This document shows positions 24,656 to 37,645 of a stretch of DNA of 64,000 nucleotides, one piece after another. The translations under genes were made by a program, and so were the position numbers. Under the pieces are notes generated by a model that ran no database searches, was not told the DNA's origin, and saw nothing but the letters and a program-made list of their open reading frames with translations. Source of the DNA: Eledone cirrhosa (taxonomy: Eukaryota). Position 1 is the stretch's first letter; every line of letters starts with the position of its first letter. The stretch lies in the NCBI GenBank assembly GCA_964016885.1, contig OZ024741.1, positions 402,318,001 to 402,382,000 on the forward strand, written 5' to 3'.

Positions 24656-24717
<62 letters not shown>

Positions 24718-25014
24718 TAATATATAATATATATATATACTTATATTTATGTCTCATCTTTTTCTTTGTACACTTTGGTTTGTTAAGATTCAAACAAAAA
24801 TATAATTTTACCATTGTTATTTATTTGAAAAAAAAAAATAATAATTTTTTTAAAACATTATGTAACTTAAAAGGATTTGAATTCAAACAATGGACAAAAC
24901 AAACTACTCTTACATCAATAATAATAACAATGGTTTCCTATTTTGGTATGATGCCAGCTGTTTTAAGGGAAGAAAAAGTTGATTATATCTACCCCAGTAT
25001 TTCATTGGTACTTT

Positions 25015-25220
25015 CATCATCATCATCATCATCATCATCATCGTTTAACATCTTCCATACTAGCATGGGTTTAGACGGGAATTGTCCTACTTTAAGCAAG
25101 AATGGTCGGGTGACCGTGTCTCGCTCGTATAGGACTGTCTGGCAGGATTTCTACGGCTGGATGCCCTTCTTAACACCAACCACATTTACAGTGTGGACTG
25201 GGAGGTTTTTACCGTGTTAC
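25015..25220 (-). mobile_element. RTE 3'UTR fragment
   Basis: (CAT)n tail and homology to 19950-20120. Confidence 0.75.
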
Positions 25221-25349
25221 CTACTTTATTTTATTGAATTCAAAGTCAACGTTGGTAGGATTTGAAACCAGCACATAGAGGGACATAACAAAATACTGTA
25301 CTGTATTTCATCTGATTCACTAATGATTCTACCAATCATTCCCTCCTCT

Positions 25350-25910
25350 ATAATAATTGTTTCTACTTTTGGCACAAGGCCAGCAATTATCCCAGTACAT
25401 TACAGGTAGTTTATTTTATCGACCTTGTAAGGATGAAAGGCAAAGTTGACCTCGGCAGGATTTGAACTGAGAGAGATAAATACCAGAAATGAATACCACG
25501 AAGCATGTTATCCTATGTTGTAAAGACTCTGCCATTTCACCACCTATATATAATAATAATAATGGTTTCTTATATAGGCACAAGGCCTGCAATTTGAAGG
25601 AAAGGGAAAAGTCTATTAAATCAACCCCTGTGCATAACTGGTACTTTATTTTATCGACTCTGTAAGGATGAAATAATAATGGTTTCTTATATAGGCACAA
25701 GGCCAGCAATTTTGGGGGAGGAGAAAGTCGATTAAATCTACCCCAGTGCGTGACTGGTACTTTATTTTATCGACCTCCCCGTAAGGATGAAAGGCAAAGT
25801 TAACCTCGGCGGGATTTGAACTCAGATCATAAAGAGCCATAACTCTATGCTGCAAAGCATGGCGTCTGACCTTCTACAGATACTGTCAATCCACAATAAT
25901 AATAATAATT
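25350..25910 (-). mobile_element. Cluster of family B tRNA-SINEs
   Basis: Repeated GGCACAAGGCC...TTTATCGAC...GGATGAAA bodies, two with GGATTTGAACT, joined at (TAA)n tails. Confidence 0.8.
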
Positions 25911-26344
25911 TAGGAGAGATGGTCACCATTTTAGAAGGCTGCGTTGTTTTTATGATTTAGAGGGGAGTTTGTTTCCCTAGCTTGGCTGGTAGAACATCTC
26001 TACTATTTGTTGTTAGGTGTAGGTACACAATAAAGCAAAAAAGAACATACCTCGAGATTATATATACATGAGCATTTTAATCAGAGCAATTAACAAAACA
26101 GGTTATCATATCAGTTGTTCCTTGATTGGTAATTCGTAATTATCATTAATTGGCGGTCTTCAATTATCCCGTGACCGCATGGTGTGCTATCGCTGTTTTG
26201 CCACCGTGAAACGCGTCTGTTCGCCTCAAGAGACAAAAGCCGAAGAGAGAGTTTATTCAGCTACTGACGTCAGAACTAAGGGCAGTTAATCGACTGCCTC
26301 CAAAGTCAAAGCTAGGTGGCGTGATCTTCTACAATAATAATAAT

Positions 26345-26670
26345 AATTTTCAAGAAAGAACTGAAGATGATTGAGAGATATGAACAACTAGCATGGAGGA
26401 TAAAACATCTGTGGACAATGACAAGAGGTTGAGGTGATCCTAGTCTTGGTGCTTGGTACTGTGAACACCAGAATTGAAAGCTTTTTGGAAAAGATTGGGG
26501 CCAGCATTGGGGTCGGGCCCTTAAGGAAAACAACTCCTTGGAAATGCTAGGATATCCAGAAAACCCTCTTGACAATTGAAGGTGCCGCCTCAGTCCACTG
26601 GTTGTGGACAGCTGGCGCCATAATTACATCACCGGCAACAAATGCTGCGTGACCAGATAATAATAATAAT
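26345..26670 (+). mobile_element. R4/Dong-like RLE retrotransposon 3' fragment in (TAA)n
   Basis: Degenerate KELKMIERYEQLAWRIKHLW..VEVI..LG..GTV; (TAA)n on both sides. Confidence 0.65.
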
Positions 26671-27115
26671 TGTTTCTACTTTTGGCACAAGGCCAGCAAT
26701 TATACCAGTTTATTACTGGTACTTTATTTTATCGACCTCATAAGGATAAAAGGCAAAGTTAACCTTGGCGGGATTTGAACTCAGACCATAAAAGGACATA
26801 ACTCTTCGCTGTAAAGCATGGCGTCAGACCCTCTACCGATACTTCCAATTCACCGCCATTGATAATAATGCATTGATAATAATCACCGCAGATGATAATA
26901 ATAATAATAATAATGATTATTTAGGCACAAGGCCAACAATTTGGGGGGAGGGGAAAGTCAATTAAATCTCTCCCAGTATGTGACTGGTACTTTATTTACT
27001 GATTCTGTAAAGACGAAAGACAAAGCTAACCTGGATGGGATTTGAACTCAGAACGTAAAGGACTGTTAATCTATGCTGCAAAGCATGGTGTCTGATGCTC
27101 TACTGATTACTACCA
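26670..27115 (-). mobile_element. Two family B tRNA-SINEs
   Basis: Family B body and B-box on the minus strand. Confidence 0.8.
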
Positions 27116-27354
27116 TTTCTCTTATTGGCCACAAGGACCCATGATGGGGACAATACATACAGCAACAACAACAACACAGTGGGGTTTACATTGAAGAGAC
27201 AACAATAGATACAACACCAACAACAAGAACAACAACACTGCGGTTTACATTGAAGAGACAACAGTAGATACAACAAGAACAATAATATAGCAATAACACA
27301 TAGACAATAACAAATGTTAACAAAATTCAACAAATATACAAATACATGGTTATG

Positions 27355-27690
27355 TGGAGGCACATGGCTTAGTGGTTAGAGCATTGGCCTTGCAATCGTA
27401 AAGTTGTGAGTTCAATTCTCAAACCGGGTGATGTGTTGTTTCCTTGAGCAAGACACTTTATTTCACATTGCTCCAGTTTACTCAGCTGTAGAAATGAGAT
27501 GATAGGGACTGGTGTCCCTATCATTTCACTGTAAAGTGGTCGTGGAGGTGCCACGGCAAAAAGCACCCAGCACTCATTGTAAATGAGGTTGGTTTTAGGA
27601 AGGGCATCCAGCTGTAGAAATCAAGCCAGAATCAGTTCCCATCCCACCCTTGCAAGCAGGGAAAAGCGGACATAAAAATGATGATGATGA
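27355..27690 (+). mobile_element. Family A SINE
   Basis: Near-identical to 14592-14928. Confidence 0.9.
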
Positions 27691-27864
27691 CAACTCTATT
27701 ACTTAATTACATAAATATTTCACATGAAAGAGGCTGAATTGTGAGAAAGCTAAGTACGAGGGAGATGAAATAATTACATTAGTATCTTACTAAGTGTGTG
27801 TGTCTTGATGTTCTTTCTTGTTCACTCCCTGCTTTCGTCTCTCTTGCTCTCCTCATCTCTTATT

Positions 27865-28072
27865 ATTATAAGCAAAAGGGCAGTGGATTGGCAGTATCGG
27901 TAGAGGGTCGGACGCCATGCTTTCCAGCATAGAGTTATGTTCCTTTATGTTCTGAGTTCAAATCCCGTCGAGGTTAACTTTACCTTTCATCCTTATGGGG
28001 TAAATAAAATAAAGTACCAGTAATGTACTGGGTAATTGCTGGCCTTGTGCCAAAAGTAGAAACAATTATTAT
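27865..28072 (+). mobile_element. Family B tRNA-SINE
   Basis: GGCAGTATCGGTAGAG..GAGTTCAAATCCCG..CTTGTGCCAAAAGTAGAAACAATTATT. Confidence 0.85.
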
Positions 28073-28074
28073 AA

Positions 28075-28372
28075 GCAAATGGGGGCCCACATGGTGGCTG
28101 CCCTGTGGTCTGGCAGAATAAAGAAGACTGGAGGATGGAGAGGGAAATGCATTGGAAGAGCCATTCCAGCTCACATGACTCACACCTGCAGGTAGCCAAC
28201 TCTGTGCCGATGGTGGTGAGTAGGGAGGTGGGCCAAGGACACCAGAAGTCTCCACTGCTATGGGCTCGACTGCAAACCTGTCGGAGAGCAACTGATATTT
28301 GGAGAGTTTACCCTCCTTGGCCAAAAGTGCAGCAGAACCTAGATTAGTCGCAGACTACACCAGGTTACCACT
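28075..28372 (-). mobile_element. CRE-like RLE retrotransposon C-terminal fragment
   Basis: AKEGKLSKYQLLSDRFAVEPIAVETSGVLGP..ELEWLFQCISLSILQ; related copies at 30880, 35445 and 40020. Confidence 0.65.
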
Positions 28373-28729
28373 AGAAAAAGTGAGGAACAGTTTGACAATA
28401 GACTAAACATCACTTTAAGGCCATTACAAAACCCTGGATTCCTCTGTTACTTTTGTGAAGGTAAATGGCTTTGTGGCTAGAGAATTGGATTAGCAATCAT
28501 CAGGTTGCAAGTTCATTTCCTGGACTGGACAATACATTATGTCCTTGAGCAAAACACTTTATTTCACGTCGCTTTTTCTGCCAGGGGTTATGACTGGTAG
28601 ATAGTATCAGCAATGGAAAGATCAATGGAAACCTTGTTTTCTTGGTTTGATTTGATGCTTTTCACCTCACTTGGTGAGTGAATGAGATCTGGGATGTGAA
28701 TGTGATCTGGGATCTTGACAATTGTTTCA

Positions 28730-29060
28730 AGAAAGACTCTGTTAGCCACTGGAAGTACCTTTTTCTAAATTCTTTCCTCTTGTTTAGAAAAGATTAGTCA
28801 GATTCGACCCCTTCATCCTTATCAATCTCATAGCTCTCACTCATCTCTCATAAAACATAATAGAAAGCAGTTCTTCTCTCACTACACCCTCACCTTCCTC
28901 TTCAAGGGGAACTTAAAGAAGTTGATGAGGGCTTGACTGGCAAAGAAGATTCCTATGTTCAAACCTTTTAAACATGTCCACCATACAACTTATATCATGG
29001 CTACCAGGTAGAGGAAGACTTACCTTGTCTCTCTTCTGAAGGAAGGTGGAAGTTCTATTT
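28730..29060 (-). mobile_element. Degenerate Tx1/L1-like fragment
   Basis: 28870-28950 is similar to 49270-49345 (CACCCTCACCTTCCT..AAGAAGTTGATGAGGG). Confidence 0.5.
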
Positions 29061-29317
29061 TCCACTATAGATCCAGCTGATAATAATTGTTTGACACAAA
29101 CAACTTTACAATGTACTGGCATAATTATTGGCTACGAGAGCCCAATACAAACACTATAGTAATAATTGTTTCTACATTTGGCACAAGGCCAGCAATTATC
29201 CCAGTGTATTACTGGTACTTTATTTTATCGACCCTGTAAGGATGAAAGGCAAACTTAACCTTGAATAATAACAATATGATGATACAATAATAATAACAAT
29301 ATGAAGTAACAATTATG

Positions 29318-29560
29318 GTTTCTTTATTGGCCACAAGGGCTAACATGAAGAAAAACATTAGAGACGGTGCAGGACGATACAGGACGGTGCACGACGGGAC
29401 GGGACAGGACAGGACGGTACAGGACGGTGCACGACGGTACAGGACGGTACAGGATGGCACAGGACGGTACAGGATGGCACAGGACAGTGTAGGACGATAC
29501 AGGACAGTACAGGACGATACAGGACGGTGCAGGACGGTGCAGGACAATACAAAGTGGGTT
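29318..29560 (-). repeat. Tx1-type 3' tail containing a 10-bp tandem repeat (GGACGGTACA-like)
   Basis: Starts with TTTATTGGCCACAAGGGC as at ~48908, then decamer repeats. Confidence 0.7.
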
Positions 29561-29998
29561 TTGGCCGTGTAAAAAAGTTATAACAAGACAGAACAATAAC
29601 AATAATATGATACTGCTGATGATGCTGTAACAATGATGATGATAATATGCTGCTGCCGATGTTTTAAGAGAATATTGAAGTAAAAGCTGCGGTGTTAATC
29701 CTGTCTGAGAGGAGTTGTGTGGAATAAGGTTTTCTTTTATTTCAACATAATTATAATTGTTTCTACATTTGGCACAAGGCCAGCAATTACCCAGTACATT
29801 ACTGGTACTTTATTTTATAGACCCTGTAAGGATGAAAGGCAAAGTCAACCTCGGCGGGATTTGAACTCAGATCGTAAAGGGACGTAACTATGCTGGAAAG
29901 CATGGCGTCCCACCCTCTACCGATACTGCCAATCCATAATTATAATGTTCTCTTTAAAGTTGGAATGGCTGACATATTTAAGAAAGAGAAAAAAGAAA

Positions 29999-30195
29999 AT
30001 CACCATCATTGTCATCATCATCATAGCCATCATCATCATCATAGCCATCATCATCATTGTCATCATCATAGTCATCATCATCATAGTCATCATCATAGCC
30101 ATCATCATCATTGTCATCACCATCACCATCACCATCACCATCACCATCACCATCATTGTCATCACCAATATCATTGCCATGATCATCACCATTTA
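29999..30195. repeat. (CAT/CAC)n trinucleotide microsatellite
   Basis: Direct triplet repeats. Confidence 0.9.
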
Positions 30196-30879
30196 ACATC
30201 AGTTTCCAATGCCAGTGTAGGTTGGATGAGTCATTGCAGAACATGAGTACTTAACTGGAGCTGGGATGACAGAACCCTTCAGTTAATTACACAGAAACCT
30301 CCCTTGTGCTGGTGCCATGATAAAATGGACCCAGTTCATTTTGTAAAGTGCATCTAGTTATAGAAACTATGCCAAAAAAAGGGTTGGGAGACCCCTTCAG
30401 TTGTTTCAATAACAAAACCTCCTCTCTATGTTGGTGCCATGATAAAATACACCCAATACTCTCTGTAAAGAGGCAGGTGATAGGAAGGGCATCCAGCTGT
30501 AGAAAGGGTTGGGAAACTCCTTCAGTTGTGTCAAAGACATAATGACCACCGTAGTGCTGGTACCATGATAAAATACACTCAATAGAATGTGGGACCATAT
30601 GTAAGTGAAATGCAGACACCTGGTCAACCTTGGAGGTGAGTAGCCCCACTTCAGCTCTGAGTCAGTCTGTGAAGATTCATCCAACTGTTGCTAACAGGGA
30701 AAGTGGATGTTGATGGTGATGATGATAATGATGATTGAATGAAAGTTATAATAAGGACTTTATAATTTATCTTTCAATTTGTTGATATATTTATTTATGG
30801 CTAGGTGCTTGTAGGTAGTGGTGAAAAGGCTGAGTTAATGAAGTGTTATGCTGCTATTTCATGAGGGAATAGCTAGATT

Positions 30880-31075
30880 TGTCGCTATCAGAACCTTGGG
30901 TGCCCTCGAACCCTGGGCAGCTGACCTCCTCTGTAAAATTGGATCAATAGCAGCCCATCTGAGGAAAGAGCCCCGCAAGGTGTGATGGTTGTCACAGCAT
31001 ATGTTGCTGGTCATTTTCTGTGGAAATGCCTTTGTCATTTTGTCCGTGGGGCACAGCTGAAACACTGCCCTGACC
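30880..31075 (+). mobile_element. CRE-like RLE fragment
   Basis: GTLGALEPWAADLLCKIGSIAAHLRKEPRKV..LLVIFCGNAFVILS, homologous to 35445-35650. Confidence 0.5.
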
Positions 31076-32099
31076 TAGGTGTAGAGTCTGTCACTCCCTC
31101 CCCCATTCTTTCTTCCTTTGTCTAATAGTCCTTGTTTTTCCTCTCCTTTTCTTCTCAATCATGGTATTTATAGTCCTTTCCAAAGCTACTCTCTTTTTCT
31201 CTGTTTAACTCTACTTCAAAATTAAATTTTTTCCAACAATAAAATAAAAAGTATTATTTTGTAAAAGACTTTCGGCATGGCACTAACCTGTAAACATCTT
31301 AGTTCACCTAACTCTTAGAAATTCCAGACCGAGATATGTCATTTGTAATTCACCGACTGGATAGGAGAAGAGTTATCTGTTATCAGAGAGATAAGAAGGT
31401 ACTGCTCTTTAAAACGCCTATAGGGTTTTTAGATTAAATAAAGAAGGATTTGGTTGTTAAATAGATTCAGTGAATTTTCATGAAGTCGACCTAAATTATA
31501 CATTATCAGAGTGAAGGTAATTTGTACCAGTTGTGGTGGAGACTTCTGGTGTTCCCTACTCTGCTGATTTCCTCCACAAAATTGGAAAGACAGCAGCCCT
31601 GTGAGGTAGGGTGGTTGTTGTAGTGGGTGTGGCTGGCCATGTTCTATGGCAATGTCTTCACCACTTAGACTACGGTGTAGAGTGTGTCTCTCTCTCCCCT
31701 CTCTCTTCTTCTCTCCCTCTCTTCCTCTCTCTATTTCCCTACCACCCTCTTCTCATTCTCCCTTCCTCCCTCTCTACCCCGGCACCCCCCCCCCCCTTCC
31801 TTCATTGCCTGATTTTGTTTATTCTTTTCTTTTTTTTTTTGCTTCATATAAATATTATTATTATTATTTGCCCATAAACCTCTGTTTCACATTACAATGT
31901 AGCCAGTTGTTCAGTTAGATGGTTTATATTATACTTGTGTTTGGGAAGGTGTAAAGTCTGTCTTGAGGCCAGAGGCTCATCAGGCTGGTGTTTATCCTGG
32001 TTTCCATGGCTTTAAGTGACTGAGAGTACAAGACTTCCCCTGGACTGGATGCCAGTCCATCACAGGGTTAAATTAGATCCATATCGATATCCATAAGGA

Positions 32100-32345
32100 T
32101 ATTCTAGATCCATAACAAGATCCCAGACCCACAATGAAATCCTGGATCCATAACAAAACTTAGAATTTCATTATGGATCCACAACGAAACCTTGGATCCA
32201 TAGTGAGACCTTAGATCTACATCAAGATCCAGGACCCACAACAAGATCCCAGATCCATAACAACATCCTGGATTCATAATTGGATCCACAATAGGATCCA
32301 CAATAGGATACCCAATCCATAATGAGATTCCAGATCCATAATGAT
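32100..32345 (+). repeat. Degenerate ~19-20-bp minisatellite (GATCCATAACAAGATCCCA-like)
   Basis: Periodic GATCCA motifs. Confidence 0.7.
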
Positions 32346-32615
32346 AGGTTTTTAAAATGTCCTAAGAAACTCTGTATATCAATATGGTGCCCCTACAACT
32401 CACCCAAGAGTTACATGGCCTTACCTTACCATAAACCATTAGTATACATCATTATACCATAAACCATTAGTATACATACATTATTCCCTCTAGCTTCTGT
32501 TCTGAATACTCTCTCTAGTCTTCCTTTTCAAACTTATGTTTTCTCAGTGTGGGAACATATGTAAGCATATAAAATCATTGATTGCCTTAACCCTGGCTAG
32601 CAGAGAAGAGGGACA

Positions 32616-32889
32616 TTAACCCTTTAGCATTTACATTACTCTATATTTACTATTGTATTTTCATGGTAAAAGCTTTATCTCACATAATATCAAATCTACG
32701 AGATTTTGATGTTATTTATTTTGAGAACAATACCTTAACATAAGTATGAGTAGCTGATTATATCCAGTTTGAACAGAAAGAGGTGAGAAAATTCTGGCTT
32801 GATATGAGTGACCAGTTACAGCTGGTTTGAAAAGCAAATGGTGAGAGAATTCTGGCCAGATATGGCTGGTTTAAATGCTAAAGGGTTAA
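32616..32889. mobile_element. piggyBac-type MITE
   Basis: TTAA on both sides and TIRs CCCTTTAGCATTTA / TAAATGCTAAAGGG; no ORF. Confidence 0.85.
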
Positions 32890-33300
32890 ATGATGATGAT
32901 GATGATTTACTTATTTAGTACTTACAACATTTTAATATAATACCAACTGGTGTATTGGTCATACATTTTCTCTACTAATCTCTATCTTTTATAAAATTCC
33001 ACATAGCATTCCAATGTTTGTCTGACCTGAATCAACAGAACATCCCAAATCTCTCTCAACCAACAGTCTAAAGCAGACCACATATTTCAAGATGTCTTTA
33101 GATAGTTTCTACATAATAATAAACAGATGACAGTGGGTTTGGTCTCAATGTATGGCACCATGGGCAAGTATCTTCTGCTTTAGCCTCAAGCTGATAAATA
33201 CCTTGTTAGTGAATTTGGCAGATGGAAAATGTAATGAAACCTCACATATAAAACACACACACACACATAAACACAAGATTGTGTAACACATATTGTTGTG

Positions 33301-33550
33301 AAGGCGCATGGCTTAGTGGTTAGAGCATCGGGCTTGCAATCGAAAGGTTGTGAGTTCAATTCTCGGACTGGGTGATGTGTTGTTTCCTTAAACAAGACAC
33401 TTTATTTCACGTTGCTCCAGTTTACTCAGCTGTAGAAATGAGATGATAGGACTGGGGTCCCTATCATTAAAGTCACCCAAGACACCTCCACTGAGATATA
33501 CCTTGGAGGAGGCCAGCTGAACCTGCATGGGTGTGAGCTGTAACAACAAC
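33301..33550 (+). mobile_element. Family A SINE head with a different 3' tail
   Basis: tRNA head and CORE-like body, then unrelated sequence ending in (AAC)n. Confidence 0.7.
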
Positions 33551-33859
33551 ATATTGTAATTTGGTGGAAATTCTGAAGATAAATGCTTAAGGACTGTCAT
33601 TACAGTTTATCTTAATGAGAGGTTTAATCACTAAGTATGTACAATGACTCAACAAGTAGCTGAGGCTAAGATCTCATGGCTGCATAAATTCAACAGGAAA
33701 AATGGTCCTTAACTATACCTTATATACAATATATAGAATATTTAACATAAGTTACTTCACAAGAGACCGAGATGTGTTGGTGATTGCTCACCTTGTCCAC
33801 TGCTATTGGACTAAAGACAGTTCTTTGTTTGGTCTTACAATGTATAGAAATTGTAAACA

Positions 33860-34640
33860 CCTCCTTTCACATCTCCCTCCACAACACCAATCTCAAGAAA
33901 TATGGGATCATGGACTGGCAACTCAAGCTGACTGTGGACAAGTGTACGACCATGCATTTTGGGACGGAAAAACCCAGTGCTCACATACTCCTTCCACAAC
34001 ACTAATCTCAAGAAGTCTTCTTGTGAACGTGACCTGCACATTATTGCCGAAAGTGTTTTGCGTTGGCCTAAACACATCTTTAAAATTGTCAAGAAGACCT
34101 TTGTCAGCCACTCAGCTCTCTATTTAAAGCTGTTAATTAGCTATGGTGCAGCCACACTTAGAATTTGCATCACCAATCTGGAACCCCTATCTTGCCCAGA
34201 ATATTGATCTCCTGGGAACTGTTCAGAGACATGCATCCAAAAAATGATTAACCATCTTTCCAACAACAACCCTGAGCACCTTTTTGAATTCCATATTTCT
34301 AACACCTATAGACATGCTTACAAAATCAGAAAGTACAGCTCCCATGACTTTCAGAAACATTTTTTCACATTCAGAGTTGCTGAAGCATGGAACAAACTAC
34401 CTGCATCAGTTATTAGCTGTCGAGACACTGCATCCTTTAAAACTTCCATGCTTCCCAAAATTCACCAACACTACACCTGATATTCCCCCTCCATATACAT
34501 ACATGTGTCTGTGTGTATATCATAACTCATACACTGTTCACTTTCCTGACATTTGTACATTATTCTATGTACTATACATGCAGCTTTGATGAGTTGTAGT
34601 TCACTTGAGCACTGTGTACAATAATTTTCATTATTATTTG
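33860..34640 (+). mobile_element. Degenerate CR1 LINE 3' fragment
   Basis: WQLKLTVDKC, HAYKIRK and KHFFTFRVAEAWNKLP; same 3'UTR as 45686-46370. Confidence 0.85.
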
Positions 34641-35444
34641 TATCTTGTGGTTGGTATATAAATAACTAGTAACAGACAAAAGATTGAAGTCCTTGCTTTA
34701 TATCATCATCATCATACTTTTGCTGCTAGCCAGGGTTGGGCTGGTCTATGTAGACCATGTCAGTACTGAAGCAGGGCTACTGTCCACCAAGACTGGCTGA
34801 GGTGTCTGCATCTTGTTTAAGTACAGTCTTATATGCTATTGAGTGCAGAGAAAAAGCTATCATGTCTTTTGATACAACCGAAGGGTCCTCCCAACATTTT
34901 GTTTGGCAAGCTTTCTATGGCTGGATACCCTTCCTAACACTGACTACATTACAGCATATACTAGGTGCCTTTATTGCAATAATTGTCTCAAAAAAGTATA
35001 AAAAATCCCTCCAGAATGTTCTACTGGTGGAATACAATATGTTAGGACAGTTAAATACATGCCAAGAACTCTCTAGTAAATAGTCAGGCACACTTGTAGG
35101 TAGACAGTATAATTTGATTTAATCTAAGCAGGATATTTGATCTCTAAGCATGTTCAGTGATACAAAAGGTAACCAGTGAAATTAAGAATCAATCCAATTG
35201 AAAAAAAATCAGTGAAATACTTCTAGGATTTTGTTTCTTGATTGGAATGTACCTGATAGTGTGAAGACTTGAAAGTCTTGAGAACATAGGGCAATACATA
35301 TATGGCTGTATGGTAGATATGGTTGTGGCTGTGAGTGCAGGCTTGGTGGTGTAGTTCTGTGGTAGACATAGTTGTGTGGTTGTGAGTGCAACCTTGGTGG
35401 TGTAGTCACAAGAGAGCTGCTAGTGCACATACTTAAATATGGAA

Positions 35445-35650
35445 TGATACGCGATGCCCCCCCCCCCCCCAGCTCCGGAGGACAGGATGGAGAAGCCGTT
35501 TCCCTGGAGGACGGCAACGGAGATGCGCTGGAAAAGCCATTCCAGCTCGCGGGGTTCACACCTGCAGCTGGCCAACTCAGCACCTATGGTGGTGAGTAGG
35601 GAGGTTGCCCAAGGGCCGAGGACACCAGAAGTCTCCACTGCCAAGGGTAC
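35445..35650 (-). mobile_element. CRE-like RLE fragment
   Basis: VVPLAVETSGVLGPWATSLLTTIGAELASCRCEPRELEWLFQRISVAVLQGNGFSILS. Confidence 0.7.
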
Positions 35651-36507
35651 AACAGTGCTAGACATGGTTGTGTGGCTGTGAGTGCAGGCTTGGTGGTGTG
35701 GTTGTGTGCTAGACATGGTTGTGTGGCAGGAATATCTGCCACACAACCACACATCCATGTCTAGCACACAACTACACCACCAAGCTTGCACTCACAACTA
35801 AACAGCTATGTCTGACATTAAATATCATTGTGACACAGTGTAATATATGTGTAAAAGAACTTGAGAATATCAAACATTTTGACATTTGAATAAGCATTTA
35901 ACAGTTAATTAGAACTGTAATCAGCAGTTCTGGTTTCATAATTGCAGTCAACACATTTAATTACCAAATGATGAGAAAAAAATCTCTTAGATCAGTAATT
36001 AATTCAAATCCTGGATAAGAAAACAGCTCTGTTTATTTCCTTAAATATGACTGGTTGTAGGAAACACCGAAAGGTTTTTTTCCCACAATCATCTTTTCAT
36101 ATTTGCTAATATTTTTTAGATGTTGTGTATTGAAATGACATAAGTGGGAAGCACTTGATAAACTGAGTTCATGACCCAAATTTGGTTTTGGTTCTCCCAG
36201 GCTACAGATGGCAATAGAGCTTCATGTATTCTTAACTTCTAACATTCTGTAATGATTTAGCGGAAAATGTCCAGAAAATATTTTTTAATTCAAATGTTTA
36301 TAGTATGTTTACTAGTAAACAGAATATTGTGGAAATTTAGCAGAAAAGGTCTAAAAAGAATTGTTATATTTGGAGAGGGTCATGTCCTAATATTGCCAAA
36401 AAATAGCAAAACACACTCACTGTTTGGTCTGGTTTTCGCTTCAGTATATTTATATAAATAATTTAGCTGGCAATCAATGTTTATTATTGATTAACCAGCA
36501 GTTAAAC

Positions 36508-36870
36508 ATCATCACCGTCATCATCATCATCATTGTTTTACGTCCGTTCTTCCACGCTAGCATGGGTTAGACAGGTTGTCCTGTTGTGGGCAGTAGCCGG
36601 TCGGCTGACCTAGTCTTGCTCATACGGGAACTGATTCTCGCTTGATTTCTACAGCTGGATGCCCTTCCTAACACCACCCTCATTTACAGTGAGTGCTGGG
36701 TGCTTTGTTTCCGTGGCGCCTACACGTCCACTTTACAGTGTGGGCTGCGTGCTTTTTTGTCGTGGCACCTCCACAACCACTTTGCGGTGGGGGGCGTATT
36801 GTCTATATTTTTCAGCTTTGACTTGTACCCGTGGGAAGTCGGGTCTTCTGTATTACTGCATGACGCCAGT
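36508..36870 (-). mobile_element. Short 5'-truncated RTE copy (3'UTR only)
   Basis: Homologous to 9259-9610, with (CAT)n tail. Confidence 0.85.
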
Positions 36871-37074
36871 TAAAATATAATTTATCTAAAAAAACAGGGT
36901 TTTTAAAAAAAATTCAACTGTTTATAGTATATTTACTAGTGGAAATTATAGTTTCTGAACATCGTGGAAAATGTCTTTAAAAAATTTATTTGTTTGCAAG
37001 GTTTTTGATATGAAATCGTGTATTGAAACAGATATTGTTATATTTGGGGTGGGTCATGTCTTAATATTGCCAAT

Positions 37075-37645
37075 AATAATAATTGTTTCTACTTTTGGCA
37101 CAAGGCCAGCAATTACCCATGCTTCCTGAGATTCGCCAACACTACACCTAATATTCCCCCTCCACACACACACACATACACACACATGTATATCATGACT
37201 TATACACTATTCACTTCCCTGACATTTGTATATTATTCTATGTACTATACATGCACCTTTGATGACTTGTAGTGCACCAGAGCACTGTACACAATAATTT
37301 CATTATTATTAGTGAATTGGCAGTATCGGTAGAGGGTCGGACGCCATGCTTTGACGCATAGAGTTACGGCCCTTGCCATTCTGAGTTCAAATCCCGCCGA
37401 GGTTAACTTTGCCTTTCATTCTTACGGGGTCGATAAAATAAAGTACCAGTAATGTACTGAGTAATTGCTGGCCTTGTGCCAAAAGTAGAAACAATTATTA
37501 TTACTTTATTTCATCGACCCCGCCCGTAAAGATGAAAGGCAAAGTTAACCTCGGCAGGATTTGAACTCAGACCATAAAGGGCTGTAACTCTATGCTGCAA
37601 AGCATGGCATCTGACCCTCTACTGATACTGCTAATCCACAATAAT
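37075..37645. mobile_element. Nested cluster: SINE B tail, CR1 3'UTR, SINE B (+), SINE B (-)
   Basis: Direct homology to the other copies in the window. Confidence 0.75.

Noticed and set aside
29890-30246. His-rich 118-aa protein
   Set aside because: A (CAT/CAC)n microsatellite fused to SINE sequence, open in multiple frames on both strands.
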